Source: Longimicrobiales bacterium
GTDB lineage: Bacteria; Gemmatimonadota; Gemmatimonadetes; Longimicrobiales; Gaopeijiaceae
Assembly: GCA_965116905.1 (NCBI GenBank)
Contig: OZ220732.1
Location: forward strand, 3,040,001 to 3,104,000
Reading direction: 5' to 3'
Length of the DNA: 64,000 bases
The first letter of the stretch is position 1. Each line of letters starts with the position of its first letter. A program made the translations under genes and the position numbers. This document shows, one piece after another, positions 1 through 11,583 of this stretch. The notes below the pieces were generated by a model that was not told the DNA's origin, did not search any database, and saw only the letters and a program-made list of their open reading frames with translations.

Positions 1-1329
1 GGGGAGTTCCTTCGCGACGCGCGCGACCGAGTACGCGTTCTCGGGATCCCCCACCTCGTTGGCGCCGGTCTCGATGTGCAGCAGGCCCAGATTCAGGCCT
101 GCCACGCGCCCGGAGAGCCTGCCGCCGCCCGTGATGGGGACCGGCTGGCCGCCGGAGATGCCGATGCGGCGGCTGAAGAAGAGGTCGGCGCCCCCTGCCC
201 CGACGGTGAAGAAGCCCGCGTTCTCGAGGAAGAACGGGCGCTTCTCGGGAAACAGCAGCGAGAAGCGGGTCAGGTTGACCTGCTGGTCGTCGACCTCGAC
301 CTGCGCGAAGTCGGTGTTCACCGTCATGTCCAGGGTGAGGCCCTGGGTGACCTGCACCTTGGCCTCGCCCCCGAACTCGGCCTGTCGTCCGAACCCGGTC
401 TGCGACGCGTCGGTGTAGTCCCGGGTCGAGGCTCCCAGCACGTAGGGCGTGACGGTGGCGGATCGGCGGAACGGCGGTTCGACCCCCGTCAGCTGGCCCG
501 CGAAGTCGAGCCGGTAGAGCCCGAACTCGCGGGGAACGGCCGCCCAGAAGTCCTCTTCGTTGAGGCGGCGGATCCTGCGCGAGACGTTGAAGCCCCACGC
601 GTCGGTTTCGGACCCGTAGCGCAGCGTGCTGAACGGGATGCGGAATTCGGCGTACCAGCCCTCGGCGTCGCGGGATGTGGCGACCGTCCAGCTGCCGTCC
701 CAGTTCTTGTTGAAGCCGCCCCCGGCACCCCGCTGGAAACGGCGCTGCCCGGTCATGCCCCCGCCGAGGAAGAACCCGCCGCCGCTGCCCTGGGAGGCGA
801 CCTGGCCGTCGTACTCGATCCCGGCGGGCGTGGTGCCGAAGACGAAGCCGTTCTGCTGGTCGTTGTAGGTGTCGAAGACCATGATCACGGCATCGGCATC
901 GGTGACTTCGTAGTCGCGGATGGACTCACCCGGGACGATGGCGTCCGCCTGGGAGTCGTAGGCCCACACGGCGACGTAGACGGCATCCTGGTCGAAGAGG
1001 ATGCGGAGTTCGGTGGGTTCGGTAGCGGGCTGGCCGTCGGCCGGCTCGCGCTGGGTGAAGTCGGCGAGGGGCGCGGCGGTTGCCCAGACCGCGTCGTCGG
1101 GGACGCCATCGATGACGGGCGGGGCGTCGGCGCGGGCGGCAATGGCAACTCCGGTCGCGGGAGCGTCGGAGGCCCCGCCGTTGCCGTTCGCCGGGGCCTG
1201 CTGGGCGTGCGCACCAGGCGGGCCGCCGGTGGGACCGGGCGCAACGGCTGCCAGGAGGCCGGCAGCCACGGCGATCAGGACCCTGTGTGGAGAGAGAGCA
1301 TGCGTCGTTGCGATGAGTGATTGCGTCAC
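1..1329 (-). CDS. CBM9-like/DUF5916 domain outer-membrane protein (runs off window start)
   Basis: Not in the ORF track because it is open at the edge. Manual translation from GTG 1329 gives a signal-like N-terminus, then PPVIDGVPDDAVWA...FTQREP...TELRILFD..AVYV...FDTYNDQQNGFVFGTTPAG, typical of CBM9_like/DUF5916 proteins. The frame is open to base 1. Confidence 0.8.
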   Translation of the reverse strand, partial: MTQSLIATTHALSPHRVLIAVAAGLLAAVAPGPTGGPPGAHAQQAPANGNGGASDAPATGVAIAARADAPPVIDGVPDDAVWATAAPLADFTQREPADGQPATEPTELRILFDQDAVYVAVWAYDSQADAIVPGESIRDYEVTDADAVIMVFDTYNDQQNGFVFGTTPAGIEYDGQVASQGSGGGFFLGGGMTGQRRFQRGAGGGFNKNWDGSWTVATSRDAEGWYAEFRIPFSTLRYGSETDAWGFNVSRRIRRLNEEDFWAAVPREFGLYRLDFAGQLTGVEPPFRRSATVTPYVLGASTRDYTDASQTGFGRQAEFGGEAKVQVTQGLTLDMTVNTDFAQVEVDDQQVNLTRFSLLFPEKRPFFLENAGFFTVGAGGADLFFSRRIGISGGQPVPITGGGRLSGRVAGLNLGLLHIETGANEVGDPENAYSVARVAKELP

Positions 1330-1348
1330 TTACGGTACCGGTGGTGGC

Positions 1349-1370
1349 TGGGGACAGAATTGGGGACAGA
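1349..1370. repeat. Direct repeat TGGGGACAGA x2 (12-bp period) in divergent intergenic region
   Basis: TGGGGACAGA at 1349-1358 and 1361-1370, between the divergent DUF5916 and TBDR genes. Confidence 0.6.
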
Positions 1371-1439
1371 CGGTCGAACCCAATTACAATGGACAGCTGA
1401 TCGGCGGGTCGCGTTGAAGGGTCCGGAGAGGACATCGTC

Positions 1440-3961
1440 ATGAAGATAACCTCGGGCAGCGCACGGGCATTCGGCCTGCACGCGACACTGCGTTGCGTCG
1501 CGGCCATGGGCGTCTTCGCGGCCACCGGCGTGACGGGCGGTCCGGCGCTGGCACAGGAGCCTCCCGACACCGTCTTCGAGGTGGAGGCGCTCGAAGTGGT
1601 CGTCGGTTCGCGTGCCGGTGTGGCGGACCCGGCGACGCTCCCGGTCCCGGTCGACATCTACGGTGCCGAGGAGATCGCGCGTCTGGGAGAAGTCGATCTC
1701 GCCGAAGTCCTGGGACGGATCGCCCCCTCCTTCAACTCCACCCGTCTCTCCGCCGGGGACGGCGCAGCCCTCCACGTGGCCACGCTGCGCGGAATGAACG
1801 GCGACCAGGTGCTCGTGCTGGTCAACGGCAAGCGGCGTCACGGCGTAGCGTTCGCCAAGGTGCTCGCGGTGTCGGGACAAGGCACGACCGGCACCGACTT
1901 GCGCGCGATTCCCGTGCAGGCGATCAAGCGCATCGAGGTGCTGCGCGAGGGTGCGGCCTCGCAGTACGGCTCGGACGCGATCGCCGGCGTGATCAATATC
2001 GTGCTCAAGGACGACGCGAGCGGGATCAACGCGGCAACCTTTCTCGGGCGAACGTCCCGCGGCGACGGAACGAGGCTGATCACGTCGGCCAACGCCGGTG
2101 TGTCCCTCGGCGACGGGTTCCTCAATGTCACCATGGAGGTGGCCAGACAGGAGGTGACGAACCGGGCTGGCGCCGCACCCACCTGCTTCGGTCCCGACCC
2201 GTCCTACGGCCCCTGTGCGGATGGCGGCAAGGTCATACGGCTGCAGCGAAACGGCGAGCCCGACTACAGGGGCGCGGGCTTCATGGCCAATGCGGCGTTC
2301 CCCGTCGGAGAGTCTGCCGAATTCTATGCCTTTGGGGGCTACTCCGGCCGCGAAGCGGTCTCGGACGGCCTGTACCGGAAGGCCGACTGGGTGCCGCGCT
2401 CGGTCAGCTACGTGTATCCGGACGGCTTCTTCCCCGTCGAGGAGTCGGATCTCACGGACAAGTCGGCCGTGGCGGGGCTGCGGGGCGATGTGGGCAGATG
2501 GTCGGGCGACCTCAGCCTCGGCTTCGGGCAGGGCCGGTTCGCCTTCGGTGCCGCGAACTCAATCAATCCGTCTATGCGGCCGAGTACCTGGCCAGGAACC
2601 CCGGCGCGGATGGAGCGTCCATCGCGGCCAACGCGGGCCCGCGCAACACGTTCAGCGGGGGACTGAACGTACGCCAGTGGACGCTGAACGTCGATGCGAC
2701 ACGGGAACTCGACGTCGGCTCGACCCAGGCATTCCTGGCCTTGGGCGGTGCCTTCCGGAGAGACGCGTACTGGATGGAGGCCGGCGATCGAGGCTCGTGG
2801 GCATGCGGCCCGAGCGATACCCCTGGCAGCTTTCCGGCCGCCCATCACCAGAACGACGGGTCCGTGTTCGCGAGCTGCGGGATCCAGGGCTATCCCGGCT
2901 ACAGCACTTCCTCGGCTTCGCTGAGCGAGCGGGATCGGAACAGCTTCGGAGCGTACGCGGACATGGAGTTGCAACCGTCCGACGCCGCAACGCTGAGCGG
3001 CGCCTTGCGCTTCGAGCAGTACACCGACGCTGGCAGTTCGCTCACGGGCAAGGTGGCGGGCCGCGTCGAACTCGGCGAGTCCGGAGCCGCGCTGCGGGCC
3101 GCCGTCTCCACCGGCTTCCGCGCGCCGCGCCTGCCTCAACGGGGCTTCAACACGATCGGCTTCGTCGGCGGCAGCGAGGGGCTGGTGAGCGCCGGATTCC
3201 TGCCCGAGGGTGATCAGATCGCCTGCGACGACTTCGGGGCCTGCTCTCTGTCCCATGAGACATCGCTCAGTTTCACCGGCGGGTTCGTGTATTCCGGCGA
3301 CAATGGTCTCCTCGTGACCGCCGACTACTATCGAGTTGCGGTCGCTGACGCCATCGCACTGACGCAGAGCCTCAACTCGAGCCACGGGCTTCGTCCGGGC
3401 GCCCGGTTTCAGGGCCGGCCGGTGGACGCCGTCGCATTCTGGACCAATGCGATCGACACGCGTACCCAGGGATTCGATCTGGTCGCGAGCTGGCGATTCC
3501 GCGGGATGGCGTGGGGGGCCGCCGATCTTTCGGCCAGCCTGCACCGGAACAGCACCGAGATCACCGCCAACCGGAATGACAACTTCATTGGCGCCACTCA
3601 GCAGACCCTGATCGAGCAGGCGCAGCCGGGGCGCCGGATCGGCGTGAGCGCCGATGTCCGGTCCGCCCGCGGCTTCGGCGCCCGGCTCAGCGTGAACCAC
3701 ATCGGAGCGGTGACCACGCCGTTCATCTTCGAGGAGAACATCGCGATCGACGCCGCGGCCATCGCCGATCTTGAGGTCACGGTGCGGATCGCCGACCGGA
3801 TCCGCCTCGGACTGGGCGTCAACAACCTGCTGGACAAGCTGCCAAACCGGCTCCCGGACGACTCCGTGGCACAGCTCTGGACGATGGAATACCCTTCCGA
3901 ATCGCCGTACGGCGTCGCGGGGCGGATCTGGTACATGCGGGTGAACGTCGTCGGGAACTGA
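1440..3961 (+). pseudogene. TonB-dependent receptor interrupted by a 1-bp frameshift at about 2572 (pseudogene or sequencing error)
   Basis: ORF 1440-2666 has the signal peptide and plug (LRGMNGDQVLVLVNGKRRH, IKRIEVLREGAASQYGSDAIAGVINIVLK). The barrel continues in another frame (YAAEYLARNP...STGFRAPRL...GVNNLLDKLP...GRIWYMRVNVVGN) to the stop at 3961. Junction AAT CCG TC|TAT GCG GCC. Confidence 0.8.
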
Positions 3962-3998
3962 GCCGAGGCCAGGGCACAGGCCCGCTGCACCCGGATCG

Positions 3999-5275
<1,277 letters not shown>

Positions 5276-5276
<1 letters not shown>

Positions 5277-8200
5277 CAGGAAATCACGCCCATGCCCAGC
5301 GCCTGGATGCGGCGGTTGAAGTCGGCGAGTTCGTCCCCCAGCACGTCTTCGACCGCTTCCCGGATCCGCAGCAGGCGTTGTTCGAGGATGTCGTGCACCT
5401 CGCCCTGCTGGTCCGTCGGCGGGAAATCGCCGATCGACACGGTCGTGAAGAGGTATCCCAGCCGTTCGATCAGCCGGGTGGGGTAGCGGATGGCGTCCTG
5501 TCCGGTGCCGGTCGCGCGCATCTGGAAGAGCCCGTCCTCGGCCGCGATCAGGCGCTGGTTGAGGGCATCGGCCGCGGCCACGAGTTCGGGCGTGTCACCC
5601 CTGTCCTCCAGGACCGCGCGCACGTCCAGCAGCTGCCGCCTCACCCATTCGACGCGGTTGATCAGCTCGCCCGTCTCCTCCAGATCGGCCCGGATGTCGG
5701 CCAGCGCCGCCAGCTGGACCTCGATGTCGGCGAGGGTCCCCTCGGAGTGCGGATCCTTGCGCACCTCCAGCTGCTGGGTCAGGACTTCGCCGCCGACCCT
5801 GAGGGTCACCGTGTACGTGCCGGGCGCCTGAAGATAGGTTCCCGCCCCGGGGCCTCCCAGCGGCCCCCCGGGCAGCGGCCGCCACCGCTCCTCGCCCAAC
5901 GGGACGTCCTCGCCATGGAGCGGCTTCGTGCGCAGCCGGACCTCCTCGACCGGATCGTTCATCAGGTCCCACCAGATCCGGTTGACGCCCGCGCTGGCCG
6001 TGCCCTCCAGGGTGCGGACGACCTCGCCGTCGGCGTTCGCGATCTCGATCACCACGCTGTCGTCGGTCGCCTCGGCGAGCCAGTAGTTCAGGGAGGCGCC
6101 GTACGGCGGGTTCTCTCCGTCGGACTGGTCGTCGAACATCGTGAAGGGCGCCGAGATCGGCTGGAATCGGTAGGCGGGACGCGGGGCGAAGAGGTGGGCC
6201 GCACTCGCCGCCACCTCGGGGGTGAGCTGCTGGAGGGGCGTAACGTCGTCCAGGATCCAGTAGCCGCGTCCGTAGGTGCCGACGACCAGGTCGTTGAAGT
6301 GCTCCTGCACGACGAGCCCATACATGGGTGCGGGCGGCAGGTTGGTGTGGAACTTCTGCCAGCGGTCGCCGTCGTCGAAGGAGACGTACACCGACGCCTC
6401 GGTGCCCAGGTACAGGAGGCCGGGACGCTCGGGATCCTCGTGGATCGCGCGGGTGTAGCTGAGCACGCCGTCGTCGATGCCTTCGGTGATGGGCGTCCAG
6501 CTCTCGCCGTAGTCGTCGGTCCTGTAGGCACGGGCCTCGAAGTCGCCCACCTGGTGGTGCTCGATCACCATGTACGCCTTGCCCGCCGTGTGCCGTGAGG
6601 CGTCGATCCCCCGCACCACCCCGTCCGGCGGCAGGTCCGGGATGTTCGCCGTCACGTTCGTCCAGCTGGCGCCGCCGTCACGGCTCATGTGCATCAGCCC
6701 GTCGTTGGTTCCGGCCCAGAGTACTCCGGGCTCGAGCGGGGACTCGTCGAAGGCGTAGATCACGCAGCAGTACTCCACCCCGATGTTGTCCGGCGTCAGC
6801 CCGCCGCTGATCCCCATGCGGCTGCGATTGTTCGTGCTGAGGTCCGGGCTGATCACCTCCCAGCTCTGCCCGCGGTTGGTCGTCCGATGGACGTGCTGGC
6901 TCGTTACGTAGACGGTGTTGTTGTCGTGCGGCGAAATGAGGAGCGGGAAGGTCCACTGGAAGCGGTACCTGAGCGAATCGGCAGGGTGGCCGGTGGTCGA
7001 TTCCGGCCAGACCTCGACCTCGCGGTATTGGCCGGTGCGCGCGTCCCAGCGCGACACGATGCCGCCGCCCGCTCCCACGCCGGATGCACTGGACCAGACG
7101 ATGTTCGGATCGGTGGGGTCCGGCGTCGCGAAGCCCGATTCTCCTCCGCCGACCGAGTGCCAGACGCCACGGGGAATCCCCACCCCGAAGATCCCGCCGC
7201 CCATGCGGCTATTGCTCGGGCCGCGGGTTGAGGGCCCGTCCTGCCGGTTGCCCATGACGTTGTAGGGAATCGCATTGTCGACGGTGACGTGATACATCTG
7301 GGCGACCGGCAGCTGCGCGCGGAACCAGGTCCTGCCGCGGTTGCCGGAGATCGCAAGGCCGCCGTCGCCACCCACGATCTGGCGGTCGCCGTCGTACGGG
7401 TCGATCCACATGTCGTGATTGTCCCAGGTCGGGCCTTCCATGAACCCCGCCGCGGTTGAGGTCACACCGCCGTCCAGCGTGGTGCTGTAGATCGCTGCCA
7501 GGAAGTACGCCTCGTCCGCGTCGTCGGGATTGGCCTCGCAGCGGGTGTAGTAGGCCGTGCGGCCGGCGAGATCGCGGTCGTAGCTGACAAGCGACCAGTT
7601 GTGGCCGCCGTCGTCTGACCGCCAGAGTTCGCCGCCGTCGGTGTCGCCGCCCTCCCAGGGAACGCCGTCTCCGGTCTCGATGAGGGCGTAGACGCGGCGG
7701 GAATCGGCGCGGCTCATGCACAGCGCGATCTTCCCGATCTCGCGGGTGGGAAGGCCGTTGCCGGCGAGCCGGGTCCAGGTGGTGCCGCCGTCGCGCGAGA
7801 CGTGGATGGCGCTGCCGGGGCCGCCGGATGTGCGGGTCCAGGTCCGGATCGCGATCTGCCAGGTGCCCGCAAAGAGGATGCGGGGATTGTTCGGATCCAT
7901 GACGAGGTCGCTCGCGCCGGTCTCCTCGTCCACGAAGAGCACGTGCTCCCAGGACGCGCCGCCGTCCATGGTGCGGTAGATGCCCCGTTCAGGCTGGGGC
8001 GCGTAGCCGTGCCCGATGGCCGCCGCATAGACGATGTCCGGGTCGGTCGGATGCACGATGATGCGGCTGATGCGCCCCGTGCCCTCCAGCCCCATGTGCG
8101 TCCAGGTCTCTCCGGCATCGGTCGACTTCCACACGCCGTTGCCGATCGACACGTTGGAGCGGATGAAGGGCTCTCCGGTGCCCGCCCACACGATATTCGG

Positions 8201-8530
8201 GTCGGAGGGTGCGACCTCCACTTCGCCCACCGAATGTACCGGCTGGTCGTCGAAGACGGGCCGCCAGTTGACGCCTCCGTCCTCGGTCTTCCACAGGCCA
8301 CCCGAAGCCGCTCCCGCGTAATAGGTAAAGCGGTCCCCCGGCACGCCGGTCACCGATGTGATCCGGTTCCCCAGCGGGCCGATGTGGCGGTACTGCATCG
8401 GGGCGAAGGAGGATGTGGGGACTTGCTGGGCGCTCCCCGGCGACGGGCGCATGGACGTCGCAGTGACCGACGCCAGCGTCAGAACAAGGGCAAAAGAAGC
8501 ACGTGGCACGAAGGATGACATCGTGAACAT
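5276..8530 (-). CDS. VPS10/BNR (Asp-box) repeat glycosyl-hydrolase-like secreted protein
   Basis: Repeated (S/T)xDxGx(S/T)W Asp-boxes, N-terminal YRHIGPxGNRI, signal peptide ending at AQQ. Start taken as ATG 8530 (alternatives 8521 and 8551). Confidence 0.85.
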
Positions 8531-8570
8531 TCTCCCGATGGCGGTTAGCAAAAGCGTAGGACCTGATTAA

Positions 8571-8650
8571 ATGTGTGTACCGGAAAGCAATTATGCGCAC
8601 CGGAGAGCAATTGTGCCCACCGGAGAGCAATTGTGTCCACCGGAAAGAGA
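8571..8650. repeat. Intergenic tandem repeat, 4 x 20 bp (consensus TTGTGYSCACCGGARAGCAA)
   Basis: atgtgtgtaccggaaagcaa / ttatgcgcaccggagagcaa / ttgtgcccaccggagagcaa / ttgtgtccaccggaaagaga. Confidence 0.9.
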
Positions 8651-8701
8651 ACCGGCCGCCCGCAATGACGCCAACGATGGCCCCACTGCGAACGGCCGGT
8701 T
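8643..8701 (-). terminator. Long RNA hairpin (terminator or stabilising stem) after the lipoprotein gene
   Basis: Minus-strand AACCGGCCG-UU-CGCAGUG-GG-GCCA-ucgu-UGGC-GU-CAUUGCG-GG-CGGCCGGUU pairs over about 23 of 24 positions using G-U wobbles that work only on the minus strand. It is followed by CUCUUUC and lies 20 nt after the stop at 8722. Confidence 0.55.
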
Positions 8702-8721
8702 GCCGGTTCCGGGACTCGCGG

Positions 8722-9198
8722 TCAGCTGTGGTCGTCGTGCACGTGCGCGTGCACCGGCGTCGTCACGAAATCGGCGTGTCCCGACCCTATGGCGCCGTGC
8801 ATGAGCATGAACGTCACATCGGTCTCGCCCTCCATGTGGCCGTGCAGATGGCCGCCGAACTCACCGGGGCTGTCCTGTTCCCACTCGGCGATCGACTCGT
8901 CTTCGATGTCGACTTCCAGGTACGTGTCGTCTTCCAACGGGATCGGATCGCCGTCGTGATCCACGAAACGGACGGTGATGTGCGGCGTTTCCTCGCCCAC
9001 GTCAACCTCGAGCTCGCCGGTCCAGGTCTGGGTTTCTCCGTCGTAGGACGCGATAACCTGGCCGCTCATCACGAGTTCCAGACCCTCGGGTTCGTAGTGC
9101 TCTTCCTCGTGTTCGGTCATCGACTCGCAGGCCGCGAGGACCAGGGCGAGAGCGGCGAGAACGGCAAGCGGTGCGTTTCTGTAGCTCCGTGTCTTCAT
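8722..9198 (-). CDS. His/acid-rich lipoprotein, putative metal-binding partner of the adjacent TBDR
   Basis: Lipobox LAAC. Motifs TEHEEEHYEPEG, GGHLHGH, LMHGAIGSGHADF and C-terminal HAHVHDDHS. RBS AGGAG upstream. Confidence 0.8.
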   Translation of the reverse strand: MKTRSYRNAPLAVLAALALVLAACESMTEHEEEHYEPEGLELVMSGQVIASYDGETQTWTGELEVDVGEETPHITVRFVDHDGDPIPLEDDTYLEVDIEDESIAEWEQDSPGEFGGHLHGHMEGETDVTFMLMHGAIGSGHADFVTTPVHAHVHDDHS

Positions 9199-9251
9199 TT
9201 GTGTTTCTCCTGTGTTCGTTCTGATTGGAACAGTCGTGCCCGGGCACTTCC

Positions 9252-11450
9252 CTAGAACACGACCCGGTAGGTTGCTGTCAGGCCCCTCCCGGCCTCGGGC
9301 ATGATCGCCTTGACCCGGGAGAGGTGATTGCGGTATTCCGTGTCCGTGACGTTGTTGAGGCTCACGGTCAGGACATTAAGGCGGCCTCCCAGAGTGATCC
9401 GGGCGCCGGTGGAGAGGCTCAGCACCGTGTACCCGTCGGTCGGCGTCTCGAACTCGCCGATCCGGTCCTGCCTGGCCGCCATCTCGGCCTCACCGCGCAT
9501 GAACCACAGCGGGCGCTCATACTTCAAAGCCGTGTGCCCCCTGAGCGGAGGCACGAGGGGCAGGGGCTGATCGGAGTCCTTGAGGGTCCCCTGCACCGAT
9601 GACACCACGGCCTCGAGGGCGAATCCGCTACCGACGTCCACATCCAGCCCCGCCTCGAAGCCGCTGAACACGGCGTCGTTGCCCTGGAACTGGTATACCG
9701 GAAGCAGCACCCGGCTCAGGCGATCGGTGTCCTCGCCGTAGACGTAGCCCCTGATGTCGTTGTAGAAGCCGGTCACCTCGCCCCTCACCCTGTCGGACTC
9801 GAAGCGCAGGAAGATGTCCAACCCCCTTCCGATCTCGCTCTCAAGAGACGGGTTCCCGACTTCGAAGGCGTATGCCGCAAGGTGGGGTCCCTCCGAGTAC
9901 AGCTCGTCGATGTCGGGCGATCGAAATGCCCGCACAACGCTTGCGCCGAGCGTCAGGCCTGAAACCGGGTTGAACAGGACGCCCATGGATCCCGACAGGG
10001 CGTGGAAGCTGCGCTCACGGATCTCACCGATGTCAGAATCGCGATTCGCAGCCAGCGGATCGGCCCTGGTCCAGTCATAGCGCAGTCCCCCCTCGATCCT
10101 GGCGGGGCCCAGGTCGACTTCTTCCAGCAGGTACATCGCCGCCCTGAGGCGACGTGTGTCCGGCGTGAACAGGCTTCCGCCGTACGCAAAGTCCTCCCAC
10201 GAAACCCGGGCCCCCACTGCACCCGCCGCAAACGGCCCCCATTCCGCATGGCGGCCCAGGATATCTCCGCTCACGGCCTGTTGTTGGTAGAGGGTGCCCA
10301 GAATGTCCGGGGGCTCGATCTCCCGATGCTCGTACCAGGTGTGGGTCGCGGCGATACGGATATCCCGAAAGAAGACGCCCGATTCTTCCACTACGGTCTG
10401 GAATTTCGAGGCAAAGCGGTTCATCTCGATGCGAACGCCCTCGTCGTGCCCCCCGACGAACCCTCCCGGTATGCCGTAGTCGTTCCAGTACCCACGGAAG
10501 GACGCACCGAGATGTCCCCAATCCGCTACGTAGGCAGATCCCACCCCGCCGCTCCATAGTCGACCGTCGGTGTTGAACAGGGTGCCCACGGGCGTCTTTA
10601 GGTCCCCCGCCGTCCGCGCAGCCACCTCCACGCGCAGCGGCACCCGCTCCGCCATCGGAAAGACGACGGTCGTGCTGCCACCGACGGCACCTGTTGCACT
10701 CTGACTCTGAAGCGTGGTCGACCCCGTTACGTGGTGTGGGACCGACGAGGGAATCTCGTCACGTATGACGTTGATGACTCCTCCCAGCGCATTGCCTCCA
10801 TACAGCAGTGCCCCCGGGCCGCGCACGACTTCGATTCGCCGCGCGGACGACGGATCCAGGCCGGTGGCGTGGTCGTTGCCCGAGTTGGAGGCGTCTCCGA
10901 CCGGAGTGCCGTCCTCCAGCATCAGCACCCGATCGCCACTCAGCCCCCTGACCACGGGCTGTGAGACCATCGGCCCCATGCTGATGGCGGCCATTCCCGG
11001 CATCGAAGCGAGGGTCGCCGCGACGGTCCCCTCGCTCCTGAGCTGCAACGCGTCGCCGGCCATGACGCCAACCGGCCGGAGTGCCTCCGCGGCCCCTCGC
11101 TCGGTCAGCGTCGCCGTGACCACCATGCCCTGCAACGCGATCGGCGATGTCGTCAGCTCGACGACGACCACCGGGGACTCGTCGCCCGCCGCGACCTCGG
11201 TGTTCAGGCTCCGATAGCCCAGGCGCTCTATCCGCAGAGTGTAGTTCCCCCGGGCGATTCCCGTGAGGTGGAAGGTCCCGTCCCCGTGGGTCACCGCTCT
11301 CGTTCCCGTCCCGACCACCGCGACGAAGGCGCCCGCGAGCGGTTCGCCCGTCTCGGCATCGCGCACGACACCCTCGATCTCGCCCTCGTGCTCCGGTTCC
11401 TGGGCTTTTGCCGTGGTCCGGAGCAGGACGAGTCCGACGAACATCGTCAT
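9252..11450 (-). CDS. TonB-dependent receptor with N-terminal carboxypeptidase-regulatory-like domain, ZnuD-like (probable Zn/Ni/Co uptake)
   Basis: GEIEGVVRDAETGEPLAGA N-domain. Plug PVVRGLSGDRVLMLEDG...NDHA...RIEVVRGPGALLYGGNALGGVINV. ELYSEGPHLA and YRNHLSRVK motifs typical of the ZnuD-like clade. C-terminal F. Start taken as ATG 11450 (alternative TTG 11489); the ORF-track start at 11999 is over-extended. Confidence 0.88.
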   Translation of the reverse strand: MTMFVGLVLLRTTAKAQEPEHEGEIEGVVRDAETGEPLAGAFVAVVGTGTRAVTHGDGTFHLTGIARGNYTLRIERLGYRSLNTEVAAGDESPVVVVELTTSPIALQGMVVTATLTERGAAEALRPVGVMAGDALQLRSEGTVAATLASMPGMAAISMGPMVSQPVVRGLSGDRVLMLEDGTPVGDASNSGNDHATGLDPSSARRIEVVRGPGALLYGGNALGGVINVIRDEIPSSVPHHVTGSTTLQSQSATGAVGGSTTVVFPMAERVPLRVEVAARTAGDLKTPVGTLFNTDGRLWSGGVGSAYVADWGHLGASFRGYWNDYGIPGGFVGGHDEGVRIEMNRFASKFQTVVEESGVFFRDIRIAATHTWYEHREIEPPDILGTLYQQQAVSGDILGRHAEWGPFAAGAVGARVSWEDFAYGGSLFTPDTRRLRAAMYLLEEVDLGPARIEGGLRYDWTRADPLAANRDSDIGEIRERSFHALSGSMGVLFNPVSGLTLGASVVRAFRSPDIDELYSEGPHLAAYAFEVGNPSLESEIGRGLDIFLRFESDRVRGEVTGFYNDIRGYVYGEDTDRLSRVLLPVYQFQGNDAVFSGFEAGLDVDVGSGFALEAVVSSVQGTLKDSDQPLPLVPPLRGHTALKYERPLWFMRGEAEMAARQDRIGEFETPTDGYTVLSLSTGARITLGGRLNVLTVSLNNVTDTEYRNHLSRVKAIMPEAGRGLTATYRVVF

Positions 11451-11583
11451 TGCGACGATGTGGTACGATCTGAAAAGCGTCGGTTTCAAGGGTGCCGCTC
11501 GATTTCTGCATCCACATCTGATGCGAGCCATCCGTAACGGCCGGACGGCCTCGCGGGTTTCCAGGGGGGGTCGCCGTGGAGGA

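Noticed and set aside
1380..1440. Cobalamin/TPP riboswitch ahead of the TBDR
   Set aside because: Intergenic space is only about 110 bp and lacks the conserved cores
8571..8650. Mini-CRISPR array
   Set aside because: Units are contiguous 20-mers with no unique spacers, and there are no cas genes in the window
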